From contig NIVC01001557.1 of assembly GCA_002269645.1 (NCBI GenBank), positions 204,556 through 268,555 on the forward strand: a DNA stretch of 64,000 bases. The letters are read 5' to 3'. A model generated the notes under the pieces. That model ran no database searches. It was not told where the DNA came from and saw only the letters and a program-made list of their open reading frames with translations. Of this stretch, positions 1-12,646 are shown piece by piece. This DNA is from Macrostomum lignano. Its lineage: Eukaryota. How positions within the stretch are numbered: position 1 is the stretch's first letter; each line of letters begins with the position of its first letter. Both the position numbers and the translations under genes were made by a program.

Positions 1-15
1 AGTTGTAGAAAGAAC

Positions 16-2820
16 TCACTTGGCGCTTTCTTTATTCTTTCCAAGAAATATTATTAGCTGCGGATTCTGATCGGCAAGCTGCTTGCACGTTCGTCCTCTG
101 CCGTCGCAATGATTGATGTCAGCTCCCCAGCTGATCAGAGCTTTCACCGCCCTCACGTGGCCCTCCTCGCATGCCCGGGACAAGGCTGTCCTGCCCTGCC
201 TGTCTCGGAGGTGTACCGATGCACGGGCATTTAAAAGCAGCTGGATAAGCTCGTGATGACCATTTTCAGATGCCAGCATAAGAGCGGTGGCTTTAGACGC
301 GTCCTGCTGATTGACCAACTCGCTGCTGAAATACTCTGAGTTAATTACTGCGCGCGCCAGAGCGACGTAGTCGTAGGTTAGAGCAAGAAAGAGCAGCTGA
401 ATGATCTGAGTGGCCTGCATGCCAGCCAGGGTGCGACTTAACCACGAGTTGTCGCCGGAAATCGCCTCATTCGACAGCATGCCAAGCAAAGGCGAGTTCT
501 CGGCCAGCCAGTGAGGGGGGATCCCAGCTGCTTCGGCCCCATCGGAGCCGTTCGGTTCCGCTCTCGAAGAATTTGATTGAATTGTTTTCAAGATGTGACG
601 CAACATTTCCGGTTTGGCTGTACTTGCCTGTGCCGCAGTCATCCAGAACTGATCGCGCAGCCAGGCATCCGGGATCTTTTCAGCGATGCTAAAAATTTGA
701 CTCCCTTCGTTCACCGCTGATTCAGCTATTCGCCTGCATATAATTATTTTGTATGGCTCAGATGCAACCTGCAATAACTTTGTGGCAACTTTCCATTTAC
801 CTCGATAAATGGCGGTGTTAGCGAGCTTGATGGAGAGCTGGTCTCTCTTATCCTTGTCCTCGATTAGTTCAACAAAGCGTACTGCATCGTTTAGTTTCAT
901 TTCGTCTGCAGTTTCATAGCGCTTTGCGCAATACTCGTCTCTTCGAATGCCATCAGTAACCGCCCGCAAACACAGAATTTCGGCTTCCAAATAAATTCGG
1001 CTTCGGCTTTCGGCTTCCATTGCCTCCGCCTCCATTGCTGCATCAAAGCAGCATTCATTTTTAAGCACTTCGCTGGAAATTTGCTTAACCAGGAAGTCAA
1101 ACAAAGCCAGTCGATTCCAAGCTGCAGCGTGCATTGCGGCATTTCTGCAGGACTCATCTTTGAGCTCCTGGCAGGTAATTTTTCCAACGAGGAACTCCAC
1201 TACTTCGTAATGACCGTGTATCGCCGCAGTTTGAATAGACTTCTTCAAGCATTCAGGCGTCAGATCTTCTGTTGCCACGTGCTGCAGCAGAAATCTCACT
1301 GTATCGATATTTCCTGATTGTGAAGCAGACTCCACAGCCTTCATGCTGCATTGGCTTCTAAGGAATTCGTTCTGCATAGCTTTCACCAGGCTCTTTACAG
1401 TCTCCCATTGATAGAATTTAGCAGCGAGATCGATAACGCGGCTGCAACACTGGTCTCTTGTCACGGGCTTGGTGATTTTATTTATTTTGGAAATAGCGTT
1501 ACAAAAGTTTTCTCTTTTAGCTGCCAACTCGGCAGCAGCTTTGAGGTCTTCGTCAGAATCAAGGTTTTGATAGGCTGCGCCTTGAACTAAGGAGGTTATT
1601 TCCGCGCATTTTTCATGAAAGTCAGCAGCGGTCTTGTCCAGTGAAAAAATCGTAAACAAAGAATTCTTCACTTGAACCTGATCGAAGCCTTCATTGACGG
1701 CACAGTCCACGTAGGTACGACAGTACTGATGTTTCGTAGCTTCATCGGAAATGCTCCCGATTAGAAACTCGGCAACTGCAAAATGCCCTTTTCTGATGGA
1801 CGGCTCCACCGAGGTCTTGCAGCACCGCTCCTTCAGGTCAGGATCGGATATTTGCGGCATTAGATACTTGACGACTGCTAAGTGGTTGTAAATTGACGCA
1901 AAACAAACGGCTGATGCGCAGCCTTCATCCCTGACGCATTCGCTAAGTCTGCGTTCTACTAGGAGAGTCGTCGACTCCAGCTGACCGTACATGGCTGCGT
2001 ATTGTAGCGCCATCAAGCAGCATTCGTCTCTACTGTCTTCCAACGCAAAGTTCTCGATGGCAGTGAGAAACTCTAGAGAGCCTATGTCGCCGTGTTTTGC
2101 AGCGTGTTTTGCGGTTAAGATGCAGCACCGGTCACGATGTGCGTCAGAAATTGTCCTCACGATAAATTTGCAGACTTCCATGTGACCCCCACTTGCAGCT
2201 GCTTCAGCGGCCTCGATGCAACCAGAATCTCTCAGGTCTTTGTTTATAATCTGAGGCAAAAGGAACTCAACCGCTTCAATTTTGCCTGCCCTTGCCGCGG
2301 CCTTCGTCGCCTGTACCTGGCTGCGATCTCTGAGTGATTCATCCGATATGGCTGTCGAGAATTCTCTAACTTCTGTCATTGCATTGAGTTCTGCAGCACT
2401 CAGAACAATCTTCGAGTACACTATTTCTTTCAGTGTTACATCTGATATTGTCTGCACTAGGAAGTTTACCAGTGACCAATCAGTTTGTTCTGAGACATGT
2501 ACTTGTACTTGCTCAATGACCCGCGCACAGCACCTATCCTTGCTTCTCTGATCAGAAATTGTCCTAACGAGGCAAATCACAACTCCCGGATGTCTCAGCA
2601 GCTCTGCTTTTGTACTCAACTGATTGAAGCACCAACTGTTCCGCGAACTTGGATCATCAACGCTTTGCAAAAGATAAGCCACAACGTCCAGGTGCCCATT
2701 GTTGGCCGCCGATTCTGCCGCCGCCAAGACAATCAAGTTGCGTTGGCGACTTGCTGCTGGCAATGCGGCAAGCTGCCGCCGGAGTTGCCGAAGGTTTCCA
2801 GCAGCAGCCGCACGATGCAT
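16..2820 (-). CDS. Intronless 934-aa ankyrin-repeat/alpha-solenoid protein: about 20 degenerate 33-aa repeats plus 2-3 canonical C-terminal ankyrins
   Basis: Single uninterrupted ORF. The C-terminus has canonical ANK repeats (DASKATALMLASENGHHELIQLLL; DRQGRTALSRACEEGHVRAVKALISWGADINHCDGRGRT). The N-terminal 3/4 repeats the pattern SDxxLRDxCCxxAxxxAAxxGHxxxVxFLxxxI. Confidence 0.85.
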   Translation of the reverse strand: MHRAAAAGNLRQLRRQLAALPAASRQRNLIVLAAAESAANNGHLDVVAYLLQSVDDPSSRNSWCFNQLSTKAELLRHPGVVICLVRTISDQRSKDRCCARVIEQVQVHVSEQTDWSLVNFLVQTISDVTLKEIVYSKIVLSAAELNAMTEVREFSTAISDESLRDRSQVQATKAAARAGKIEAVEFLLPQIINKDLRDSGCIEAAEAAASGGHMEVCKFIVRTISDAHRDRCCILTAKHAAKHGDIGSLEFLTAIENFALEDSRDECCLMALQYAAMYGQLESTTLLVERRLSECVRDEGCASAVCFASIYNHLAVVKYLMPQISDPDLKERCCKTSVEPSIRKGHFAVAEFLIGSISDEATKHQYCRTYVDCAVNEGFDQVQVKNSLFTIFSLDKTAADFHEKCAEITSLVQGAAYQNLDSDEDLKAAAELAAKRENFCNAISKINKITKPVTRDQCCSRVIDLAAKFYQWETVKSLVKAMQNEFLRSQCSMKAVESASQSGNIDTVRFLLQHVATEDLTPECLKKSIQTAAIHGHYEVVEFLVGKITCQELKDESCRNAAMHAAAWNRLALFDFLVKQISSEVLKNECCFDAAMEAEAMEAESRSRIYLEAEILCLRAVTDGIRRDEYCAKRYETADEMKLNDAVRFVELIEDKDKRDQLSIKLANTAIYRGKWKVATKLLQVASEPYKIIICRRIAESAVNEGSQIFSIAEKIPDAWLRDQFWMTAAQASTAKPEMLRHILKTIQSNSSRAEPNGSDGAEAAGIPPHWLAENSPLLGMLSNEAISGDNSWLSRTLAGMQATQIIQLLFLALTYDYVALARAVINSEYFSSELVNQQDASKATALMLASENGHHELIQLLLNARASVHLRDRQGRTALSRACEEGHVRAVKALISWGADINHCDGRGRTCKQLADQNPQLIIFLGKNKESAK

Positions 2821-3623
2821 GCTTTGATTAAACTTATTTTAAGATTTTAGGGAAATTTAATCATTTGCTTGTGGTTTTATAACGCTAAGGCAGCCATCTT
2901 ACGATGCTAATTTTCCAAGCAATGCTCGTGTGCAAGCCTCAGGAAAGATGGTTCGCTTGTCTCTATTGTCGAGTGGAAAAACTCTTAAAAAGAAAGAGAA
3001 GCGACGATAGTCTTTGCTTTGCTTTAACAATTGTGCACATCTTACGAGCTATCTGAAGTTCGAACGCGTGGCCAATTCTGGATGGATTGTGCGGTACGTT
3101 CAGAAAAGTATGCAACAAAAAAACTAAATTTTTGAGGGAGTGATGGGGGCAACATGACAGCTGCTCTCTTTACCTTTGATGTACGCGGTGTGAGAGAGAG
3201 ATTTGAATCGTAAAAAAATTACCCACATAAGCCCGAAAAAATGGCGCCATAAAAAAAGATCAGCAAAAAAAAGAAATTTCTGTGCACTCTACGAAGTTGC
3301 ATATGAGAATTAAAAGGACGTGAGTGTGTACAGTGAAAGGGGGTGTCAACTTAAGCGCTAGAATGGAGCCAAGCAAGGCTCCAGACCAAACCGACTGGAA
3401 TCGATAACTGGTCGGACCAGGTGACTAGAATCGCCAAGACATCTCATCCCGGTCCCTTCCTTGGGGTCCCAGGGGATAAAGGGGATAAAATGGGGATCTC
3501 ATGTCAACTTAAAGGTCCAGAATGGAGCCCAAAGCAAGAAAGGAAGCAAGGAGTTTTTGGAAAGAAAACTTGCAGCAACTATTTTGTTTTTTAATTAAGA
3601 TGTACCGATTGGTCGTCGTGACG

Positions 3624-3953
3624 CCAGCGCGTCGCCACCGGGGACAGGCCCAGTAATTTAAGCCCTGCACCCCACCCTTTGTGACCCGATGTGGAAATCA
3701 GTAATTTTGTTTCAGGGCACCAAAATGAGTTCATGTGGCGCCAAAATGAGTGTCTGTGGCGCCAAAATGAATGCCTGTCTGTGGCACCAAAGTGAGTGCC
3801 TGCAGCGCCAAAATGAGCAGCCAACACCAATTCTCAAAATAATGTACTTAACTTTTTGAGTCTTGGTTTTGACTTTTGAGTTGAGTCATGTACATTTACA
3901 ATTAAAATTCTTGGCTTTGTCCCCTTACCATAAAATCCATGCCGACGCCTCTG
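3624..3953. mobile_element. Non-autonomous hAT-like MITE (about 330 bp)
   Basis: 8-bp direct repeat TCGTGACG at 3616-3623 and 3954-3961. Imperfect TIRs (left CCAGCGCGTCGCC; right end reverse-complements to CAGAGGCGTCGGC). Internal GGCGCCAAAATGAG-type repeats at about 3717-3820. An 8-bp TSD is typical of hAT. Confidence 0.55.
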
Positions 3954-6567
3954 TCGTGACGTACATGAATAGAAGACGAGCCAAACACCAAGGGGCGATT
4001 ATCCGATTATTATAAGGGGGACGCAAAGGGCGTTATCTCTCAATATCATAAATACACATCGATCCCAGACAGTCCTAGATCCCAGATAGAACATTTGATT
4101 TAATGATGTCGCAATTTCGCAAAAGGCTAGTCCAGCTGGTTAACACGCTGGTTTACTCAATCTAATTAAATCACATTAAACAACGGAAAAACGAATTCAA
4201 AAAGTTTAAACAAAATATAAAACACACGCAAAAATCTTCTTAACAGTTAGCTTTGTTTAGAATAAAACTTATTTTATTTTTGAAGCAATGTAAGATAATT
4301 TTATAGCGTCTAATAACTACACTTTAGTTGTAGTGAGTATTTTAACTTTGATGTTTACTGTTTTTAAGATGATCGATCGATCACGTTCGATCGTTCTCTG
4401 AGCCTCTTCACGGCAATCGATTCCAGAACCAGAATCGGTTCGGATTTCCAAGAAAAAAAGCTGTTATAACTATTTAAATTTGTTGAATGTTTGACTGCCT
4501 TAACAGCCTCACTTTGCACAATTTTTCACTTTCTTCTTGGCTAGGCCTATTGCGGCAGTATTGCCATTCGATAATCACAATTTTAAAGCACTAATATCCC
4601 TCTAGTTTACGAGACAAAAAGTTATACTTTACAAATTGGTTCTGGTTTTAGAACCAGAACAAGCAATATGAAGAGCCTCTATGAGTCTCGAGTTCAAATT
4701 ATTCATCTAGCCTACTTCTATAGTTTTATGGCTTAAATGCCTAAGCTAAGTGATATTTATTAGTGCCTTACGACCATTTTGCTCTTATTAAAATGGATTT
4801 TTTCGTACTAATATGGCTGCATGGTATAATTGTATATAATAGGTCTATGCAAAAACTAGGTATTTTGTCTTGAAGAGTAGTATTGTAGTAGTAGTAGTAG
4901 TAGGCCTAGTTGTAGGCATAGCTGCAAAGACCTTTGTATTATCAGTTTGTTTACTGTGCTTTCAAGCAATACTGATTAACTAGCAAGATAGAATCAGGCA
5001 TTGGCATGGTTATTATATACTATATAGACATTCTAGGAAAGAAACACAAATCGATTTCAATATACAAATAAACAATAGCATAGCTAGGATTTCGAAAGGG
5101 GGATAACTTTAAGGAACAAAATTGTAGACTAATAGAATAGTTCTTTTGTAATTTTTTCTAGTTAAAATGCATTTAAAAAGTAGGAGCCTACCAAAACTGT
5201 GTTTATTAGAACAAAAAACTTTGTTAAGCCTATTTTAGGAACTAGGGATTCATGGAAATATTGTTTAAAACATTTTAATAGTAGGCCCTAATTTAAAAGT
5301 GAAACAGGCCATTTTTCAATTTTTGGCAATTATAGTAGGCCTATCTGTTTTATTTAGATTTTTTTTCAAAAAATATTTTTGTTCTTTATAAATCATCAAA
5401 ATGAGAGGGTAGGCCCATATATCCCCATATTAGCTAGTTGTTGAAATAGAAGATCTTGGTTTCATTGTTTTTAATTTCATCATATTTTATGTTTTATGTT
5501 ATTTTATGTTTAATTTATTTTTAATTTTGTTATATATAGCAGACTGCTAAGTGCTGCAATGCACTGCTAAATTTCTAATCTAGTTGATATAGCAAAAATA
5601 CATTCTGCAGCAATAAATAATCTGCTAATCTGGCAACAGTAAAGGTAGGCATTGTCACAATTGACAATTGTCAATGTCATGTCTTCTTGTGCCTAAAAAC
5701 CAGCATATTACTTACAATGATACAGCTTGGCTGATTATTTTTTTCTGTACACTGAGCTAGCAACAGTGTATTGTGTTAAGGAATTTACCATATAGCTAGG
5801 CCATTTGACAAAAAAGTTGACAAGTTTACTAGCACCCAAGAGTATGACCAACATGTAAAATGGTATAACATGTACAACACACACAATGGCTAGTCTTAAT
5901 GCAGAATAGAAATTTCCATCGTATATTTATCTTTCAGCACTATAGTTGCATTATGCTTAATTCATAATTGTATATGCCTATTTATGAATTAGTAGATCTA
6001 AATTTGGATTTGTGCATATTTCATTGATTTTATAGTCTACTAGTCTATTTTTTGAATAGCCTTCTGCCATGTTTTAAGTTTCCACTAAAACTAGCTAACC
6101 ATAGGCCTATATATATGCATATGCCTAACACTGTAGCTGACATGGCCAAAAGGCCAATTAGGCCAGGTGGCAAGAGGTCTTGCAAAGATAAATTGCAAAA
6201 ACATTGACCCAAGAATGGAAACATAATACTAATTAGATGATGCAATATTTAGCCTAAATGATATAATCATTTAACATTATTACTTTTGTCATTTACCAAA
6301 AATTATATTTAGGTTTCTTTTATAGGAAAGGATAAGTCATATTTTAGTCAAAAAGTAAGTTGCATGGCTGATATAAATCAGGGAGTTTCATATATAAGTA
6401 ACCAATGGTCAAGCAGGGACTTGATACTAATGTCAATGAATCATAGGCCTATATAATAATACACATATGCACTTCTTGAATTTTCATATAAATAGAAGTA
6501 TTGTCATTTTTGCTAATGTGCAATTCTATGAATGTGATGGTTGTAGGTTTAAGGATATAATGCTAAA

Positions 6568-6700
6568 TCTCTACCTATAAAAATAAAAACTCAATGTGTG
6601 TCTGTTTGTAGACAATTTTGTTTGCTATGAACTCCCAAACCGCTCAACCAAATTACACCAAATTTTGTACCCACCCTAAACTCACTATGGAGAATGTCTT
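6568..6700 (+). mobile_element. Possible non-autonomous Helitron 5' end
   Basis: A|TCTCTACCTATAAAAATAAAA followed by TGTGTGTCTGTTTGT and CCGCTCAACCAAATTACACCAAATTTTG resembles generic non-autonomous Helitron 5' termini. I did not find a matching 3' hairpin-CTAG end. Confidence 0.3.
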
Positions 6701-7769
6701 AGGCTACCTTTGAATTTCCTAAATTGAGTCTTCCTACCTAAAAGTACAAAAAACTGCTCAAAATGCACAATTTTTTTTCACTAAACCCTCCATAGCGCTG
6801 CTCTACTTCTACCAATTCCCTTCAAATTTAACACAGACAATCTTCAACTATTTAGGCACAATCATGTAAAATTTCGAGTCTCAAAGTTAATCCTGAGCAG
6901 TGCTGTGCACTTTTAAAGTTAGGCTGTTTTTTTCAGCGTAGCAACCACCTTAACTGTCTGCCTGCCTCTCTTTCCCAATCCCAATCTGGGCCCAATATGT
7001 GTAAAATGGGTTTCAAAATTGACTAACTTTTAGCTGCTATAAGTTTGCTCCACATAAAGCAATTGACTTTAAAGTTGACACAATTCTTCATTGACTCATT
7101 CTTTATCTAAATGTAAAGTTTCAACTCTAACTCAACCAAAAAAGAAACTCTAAGCATGTGAAGTTTGTTTGATTTTTCTGTTGTTTGTGGCACTCACTCA
7201 CTCATTCCCCCAGAGCCAGACCAAGGGTCAGGTGATAGGGCTGAATGTACATGGCAGTGTACAATGTTTTGGGATAGCTTTGTTTATGGCCTTCTCTGCA
7301 CCCCCTGTGGAGAGGCTACGTTTAGCCATCCATAACAGTTTAGTGAGAAATTCTAACCACTGTCCTCTGTATAGGCAAACTCTGTAGCAGTTTAACAGTG
7401 GATGGCAAATCAAGGTAATCTAGCATGGTTTGTAAAAGTGAAAGATTTATAAAAAGGCAATGCAATGCAATAAAACCCTATTAAATTAGTCACACCATAG
7501 AAATTTAAGGTTTCTCTTAAGGTACTTTAAAATTTAAATGGCCTAAGAAATGCGTATTTCTTTGGTTGTTAGACTGATGCAGACTGCAGTGGAGCTGAAG
7601 ATACACAAATTCTTTTCAGGGCTTGCAAATTGGCAAGAAAGATGACATGATCAAAGCATGAGAACAGCCATGAGAGTACTACGTCCCACAAACTGGCTTT
7701 CCAAGCAGGAATAGGCAGACTTTTACCTCAAAGGCCAGAAAAGAATCCTGCTTATGGCTGAAGGGCAGT

Positions 7770-8720
7770 TGAGAGTGGAGAGAAAAAGAAATAGACTATT
7801 TGAAAAGAGAGGAGAGATGATAGAGAGAATAAGAGAAAAGATAAAATATAATAAGAGAGTGAGGACGATGAGAGGAGACAGTAGAGAGGAGCAAGTAAAG
7901 GAAAGAGTAGAGTAGTGAGTGGAGAAGAGAGAATAGAGGAGTGAGTAGAGAGCAAAGAGAGCTGCAGATGAGAGGAGAGCAGAAAGAAGAGCAGAGAGGA
8001 GTTAGTAAAAAGGAGAAAGGAGAGATGAGAAAGTAAATGGAAAAGAGAAGAGATAAGGTTGTACAGATGAGAGAGGTGTAAGGAGAGATGAGAGATAAAG
8101 GAGGAGAGTGGAGAGAGAAGAGACAAGACAAGAGGGAGAGAGTATATAGAAGAGAAAAAAAGAAGAGAAGAAAGGAGAAAGGAAAGTGAGGAGACAAAAG
8201 AGGTGAAAGAAAAGAGTACAGAGGACAGAATGAAAGAACATATTAGACAGTAAAGATGACAATTGAAAGAGAGGGGATGAGCTGAGAGCAGAGACCAAAA
8301 TGAACAGATAAGAGATGGGAGAGTAGAGAGAACAGAGGAGAGATAAGAGAGAAGAGATTACAGAGACCAAAGGAGAGACAAAGGGAGAGAAGTGAGTGAG
8401 GCAAGAGAAATGAAAATTAAGAGATAAAAGAGAAAAGAGAGAAGAGAAAGGAGAGATCAGAGAGCAAATAAAGACGAGAAAGAAGAGAGGTGAAGGAAAA
8501 GACGAGAAAAGAGTGGGAGAAGAGGAAAGAGAAAAGAAGAGAAGAGATGAGATAAGAGAGATGAAAAAGAAGAGAAATGAGGGAAGATACGAGAGAAGAG
8601 GGGAGAAAGGAGAGAGGAAAAAGAGAAGAGAGGAGAGGAGAGAGAGCAGAAAGGAGAGACGAGGGACGAGGGACGAGAGAGAAGAGAAGAAACAGAAGAG
8701 AAGATAGAAGTATCAAAGGA
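7770..8720. repeat. Polypurine (GA-rich) low-complexity tract
   Basis: About 950 bp of almost only A/G on the + strand. It explains the L/S/F-rich spurious minus-strand ORFs. Confidence 0.9.
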
Positions 8721-11700
8721 TTCAAGGGATGTAGGGAGAGTCAGAGGCCAGAGTTTGCTAATACATATTTTAGAGTCCAACAAACATTAATTGCCTATTT
8801 AAAGTAAAAAGCACCCTAGCCAACAATATCAATGTTTGCCTCAAATCCTAATTTTATGCGAATGTACTCCATTTTGTTTACCTCTATCCTACTAACTATT
8901 AACAAGCTTTTGTTTGAGTGTGACTTCAGATAGTAGAATACATGCAAAAATAGTTCCGGGGATGGGAAACCACGGGTTCAAAATCCACAGGTTTCAATAG
9001 CTTGTTGTAATATGAAAAAAGGTCATTAACATTAGTTTTTTATCCTAAAATAACAAGTCTGCATTGTAGTTTTTAAAAAAAATTTTTGGAACTTTAATTT
9101 TTTTTGAAAGCAAATGGGACACAGTGTGAGTGTGATGGTTGTAGCCATAGAAACATGCCTATATGGAGACAAAAAATGCTTTTGAATTCCTGTGAATTTT
9201 GGTTGCCTAATCATCTAGTGGTTTTTTTTCTAAAAAATAATGTATATACCTACTGTAAAACACAAAGAATGGGATGATTTGCTTGTTTGGATTTTTTTTA
9301 TTCAACTTGTTTAACTGTGACAGTTGTAACCTTTGATGTTAGTAATCAGTGAAGTCTATGTAATTGGAATGCAACCACATGGTCCACACTGACTGTCTCT
9401 ATATATTATGGCAATAACCCACATGGAGCTAAAGCCTATGGCTATCTGTAAGCTATCTTTATTTTAATCTGCTCATTTGCATATTGCTTGAGTGTTGCTG
9501 ACTGTTTATTGCATCAAGTCATAGCACATTGCAGGTCTTACAATGGACAATGGACTGTATCACAATGATATAGGTGGAGGACCCACAACTCTTTGTTTTT
9601 GAATTTCACAAACTTCGAATTTTTGGTAAACGGCAGGAGTAATGTAGGCTATATTATCAAGGCTGAATGCCTCGTCATCTAATCGTCATCTACGTGCAGA
9701 TTGCTTGCTTTTTTCAGGTGAGCATTTTTGCAATATACCTTGGCTGGGCCACTTGCCTGCCAGCCAGATCTTTCAGCTTGCCCAGGTGTTGCGCATGTAT
9801 AATATCTCTCAAGTCCCTTCAATAGTTTTTTTAGTTTAGAGTACTATTGAATAAAACAGAATTCATTGTTTAAAAAATCTGTAATTTCTTATTCTGTATA
9901 TAGAATAGATATGTATGTATGTATATATATATATATATTTTAGATTTTTAGCATATGATATAATTTGTGAGATTATGAAAGGGTATGAATAGAGTATGAT
10001 AAAAATAAACTAGGTTGTATTGTATAATAGTTTGTATTATGACATATCAACTTTGATTTTGGAATTTTGAATTTTGATCCTAGATGCCAAAATTGCATTT
10101 CATAAAGCTTTATTTCATGGTGGAAAGTGAGTAGGCTTCAGTTTTTTATTATTGATTAAATATTATATAAATTTCTATACTATAGCATGAATCTCTTTTA
10201 AGCATATTGAACAGTAAGAGTTGGTAGCAAATGTTTAAATCATTAATGTTAAAAGGTTTTCTCTAATAGTCTAAGCTAAATAAAGTTTTATTTTAATCTT
10301 TAGATTTTAGAAAAAAGTTAAAACTCAAGTATAATAACTAAGGACCACAAAATAGTGGCTATGAGGGATTAAATATTTTAGCACTAAACTAAAGGAGACA
10401 TACCATCAATGGAACCTAAAGTTTAAGATTGGAATATATTAGGAGCACAGATAAATGAGCATAGAATTTAGCAACTCTTATTATAAAAAAATCAGCATTA
10501 TTTTACCTCACCTCACTACTTGCTTTTGTTAGTAGGATAATCACAATTTTTGCTTTCTTTGCTAGTGTTTTTTGTTATATTATATCAATTATTTAGTTGG
10601 TGAGAATCAGTCTCATGTTTTAGGCATGCATTGTGGGTCAATAATTGATCTACTTGCATCTGTTTGGGGTAAGTCATAAAATAATAAGAAAATTCCCAAA
10701 TTGGTAATTTTAGGCCTGTGGCTGTCACGTAAACTTGTTTATAATGCCGTTCTAGTTGAATCTATTTGAACTCAACTTTATGTGGACGTTGTTGGCCCAA
10801 GTCAGTAGGTAGTTACTGTTTTGAGTCTGAGGATAGTACAAGCAAGAGAGGGGCAGATGTGGTGGTAAATGAGTTGTTTACACGTGTTCTTAGATGTTAA
10901 TTTGTCTGGATGTGAAGCTGTGGGCGTGAGTCCGGTCTCTCTCCACTCTATTCCCGTGTAGTCCTAGTTGAATTCTAATGGCCCCAGCTGCTTTGCCATT
11001 CTCTCTGTGTCTCCTGCCTCTCTCTAGTCCTCACTTTCAATCATTCAGCAGCTGCCTGTGTTTGGCTAATCAACAATACTCCTCTCCCCTTCGCATCTAT
11101 ATTCGACCTACTCCCGCGCTCTATGGATGTTTTGGCTGGGCAATAGAGAGAAATATGGAGATTCACTAGGCTAGCAGTCACGTGAAAGCTGGCGCCCAGT
11201 CTCAAGGGGAAGAAATTTTCTCTTCCCCAGGAGTTTGTCCTCAGCAACCCAGTTGTACAGCCGAGCGCACTTGCCGCGCTCCGCTCTCTCTCTGGCTGCC
11301 TGTCCATCCCCCATCCCAGTCAGAGTTCTCTTTCAGTAGGAGGGGATATTGAGGATGTACTTCTGCGTACCGAATTGGGGAAGGAAAGAAAGGCTTATTT
11401 GCTTAGGCACTTCAATCTTGTGCAGCAGAATTGAGCACTAAGCTATTGCTAGCTCTGGGAGCAGTCTGGTGTGGCGACTGTTCTTCTTCTGCCTGCTCTC
11501 TTCCCTTGCCCTTCCCCGCTCCCTTTCTCCTATAGGCGAGGAGGAGATCGGGGAGTGGGTCTCTCTATGCGCTCGGCTCGGGGCGTGCCCTCAGCCGGCC
11601 GGAGACCAAAGCGAGCCAGACGGAGTGAAAAAGAGGAGGCGGCGAAGGCGAGGTCTAGAAATGAAATGAAAGGAAGATACACAAAAATATTTATGTCCTT

Positions 11701-11799
11701 TTCTTCTATCAGCTCACCAAAATCCCAATTTGGGGGGGGGGTGAGGGATTTTTTAAAGGAGAGAGCGAGGCGAGAGCGCAGGCGGTGCCGTCTGATTTG

Positions 11800-11980
11800 C
11801 CAGTCTAGAATGTCGGGGCAGGCGGGTTATGGGGTCCAGTAGAGACGGAGCTTTCCCATTGGCTGTGGGGGTTTAAGAGTGCGTCTGGACTGTGCCAAAT
11901 TCCGAACTAGCGATAATTTTTGTTGAAGTCTTATCACACTTCACCGCTGCACCGCTTTACATAAAACGATTTTGATTCAA
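11800..11980 (+). promoter_or_regulatory. Putative promoter and non-coding first exon of the IRS gene
   Basis: GC-rich region with reverse CCAAT (ATTGG near 11858). Strong donor CAA|GTAAGT at 11981 and acceptor TTTGCAG ending at 12566, about 80 nt upstream of ATG 12647. Confidence 0.4.
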
Positions 11981-12646
11981 GTAAGTTCTAGTAGAGTTTT
12001 TATTGCTTTGTATTTTTGCTGTACTGTGCATGTGGACACCTAAAGCTGTAATTCTGCACAGAGAACAGAATAATACAGTTCTCTAGAGTTTCATAATAAA
12101 AACAGACATCCACAGTATCTATGAGAAATGTTAATTCATTCTCGTGAATAAAGTACATTGTGAACTTGCTTTAACAAAACAAAACTTGCTTTGCAATTGT
12201 AATTGGGTAATTAATCCTAACAATCGGCTTTAAGTTGCCAGCTCCAGAGTGTGTTATTAATTTAGTGCTCTCTGATTCGGGTGCAGAGGTGGTGGCTGCT
12301 GTTCTCGAGTGCCCCCAGTGTTGGTTGATAGCCTTTCGTATGAAGTAGCGGTAGCGGTGTCTTATTTATCAAATATTATTCATGCCCTCATATGCAGTGG
12401 GCGGAGCGGCCGCCGAGAGTGGGCTGCTCAGGTCAGGCCCAGTGCTGAGAGTCCACTCTAATAAACCTGCGCTATTTTCATGTTTTGAGTCTTTTTTTGC
12501 ACCCCGCCGCTCTGCATCAGGCCAGCCTCCATTGCTCTATGCTGCTTTCCTATTTTGAATTTGCAGATCTGCAATTTGCTTAAATTTAATTTGACCTCCC
12601 GATGCTGCCCGGCCGCTGAGCTGCCAGCCAGCCTCGCCAGTTCGTG

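Noticed and set aside
11469-11669. 66-aa ORF with a signal-peptide-like start (MWRLFFFCLLSSLAL)
   Set aside because: GTG start, short, no recognisable domain, and it sits in the putative IRS promoter region.
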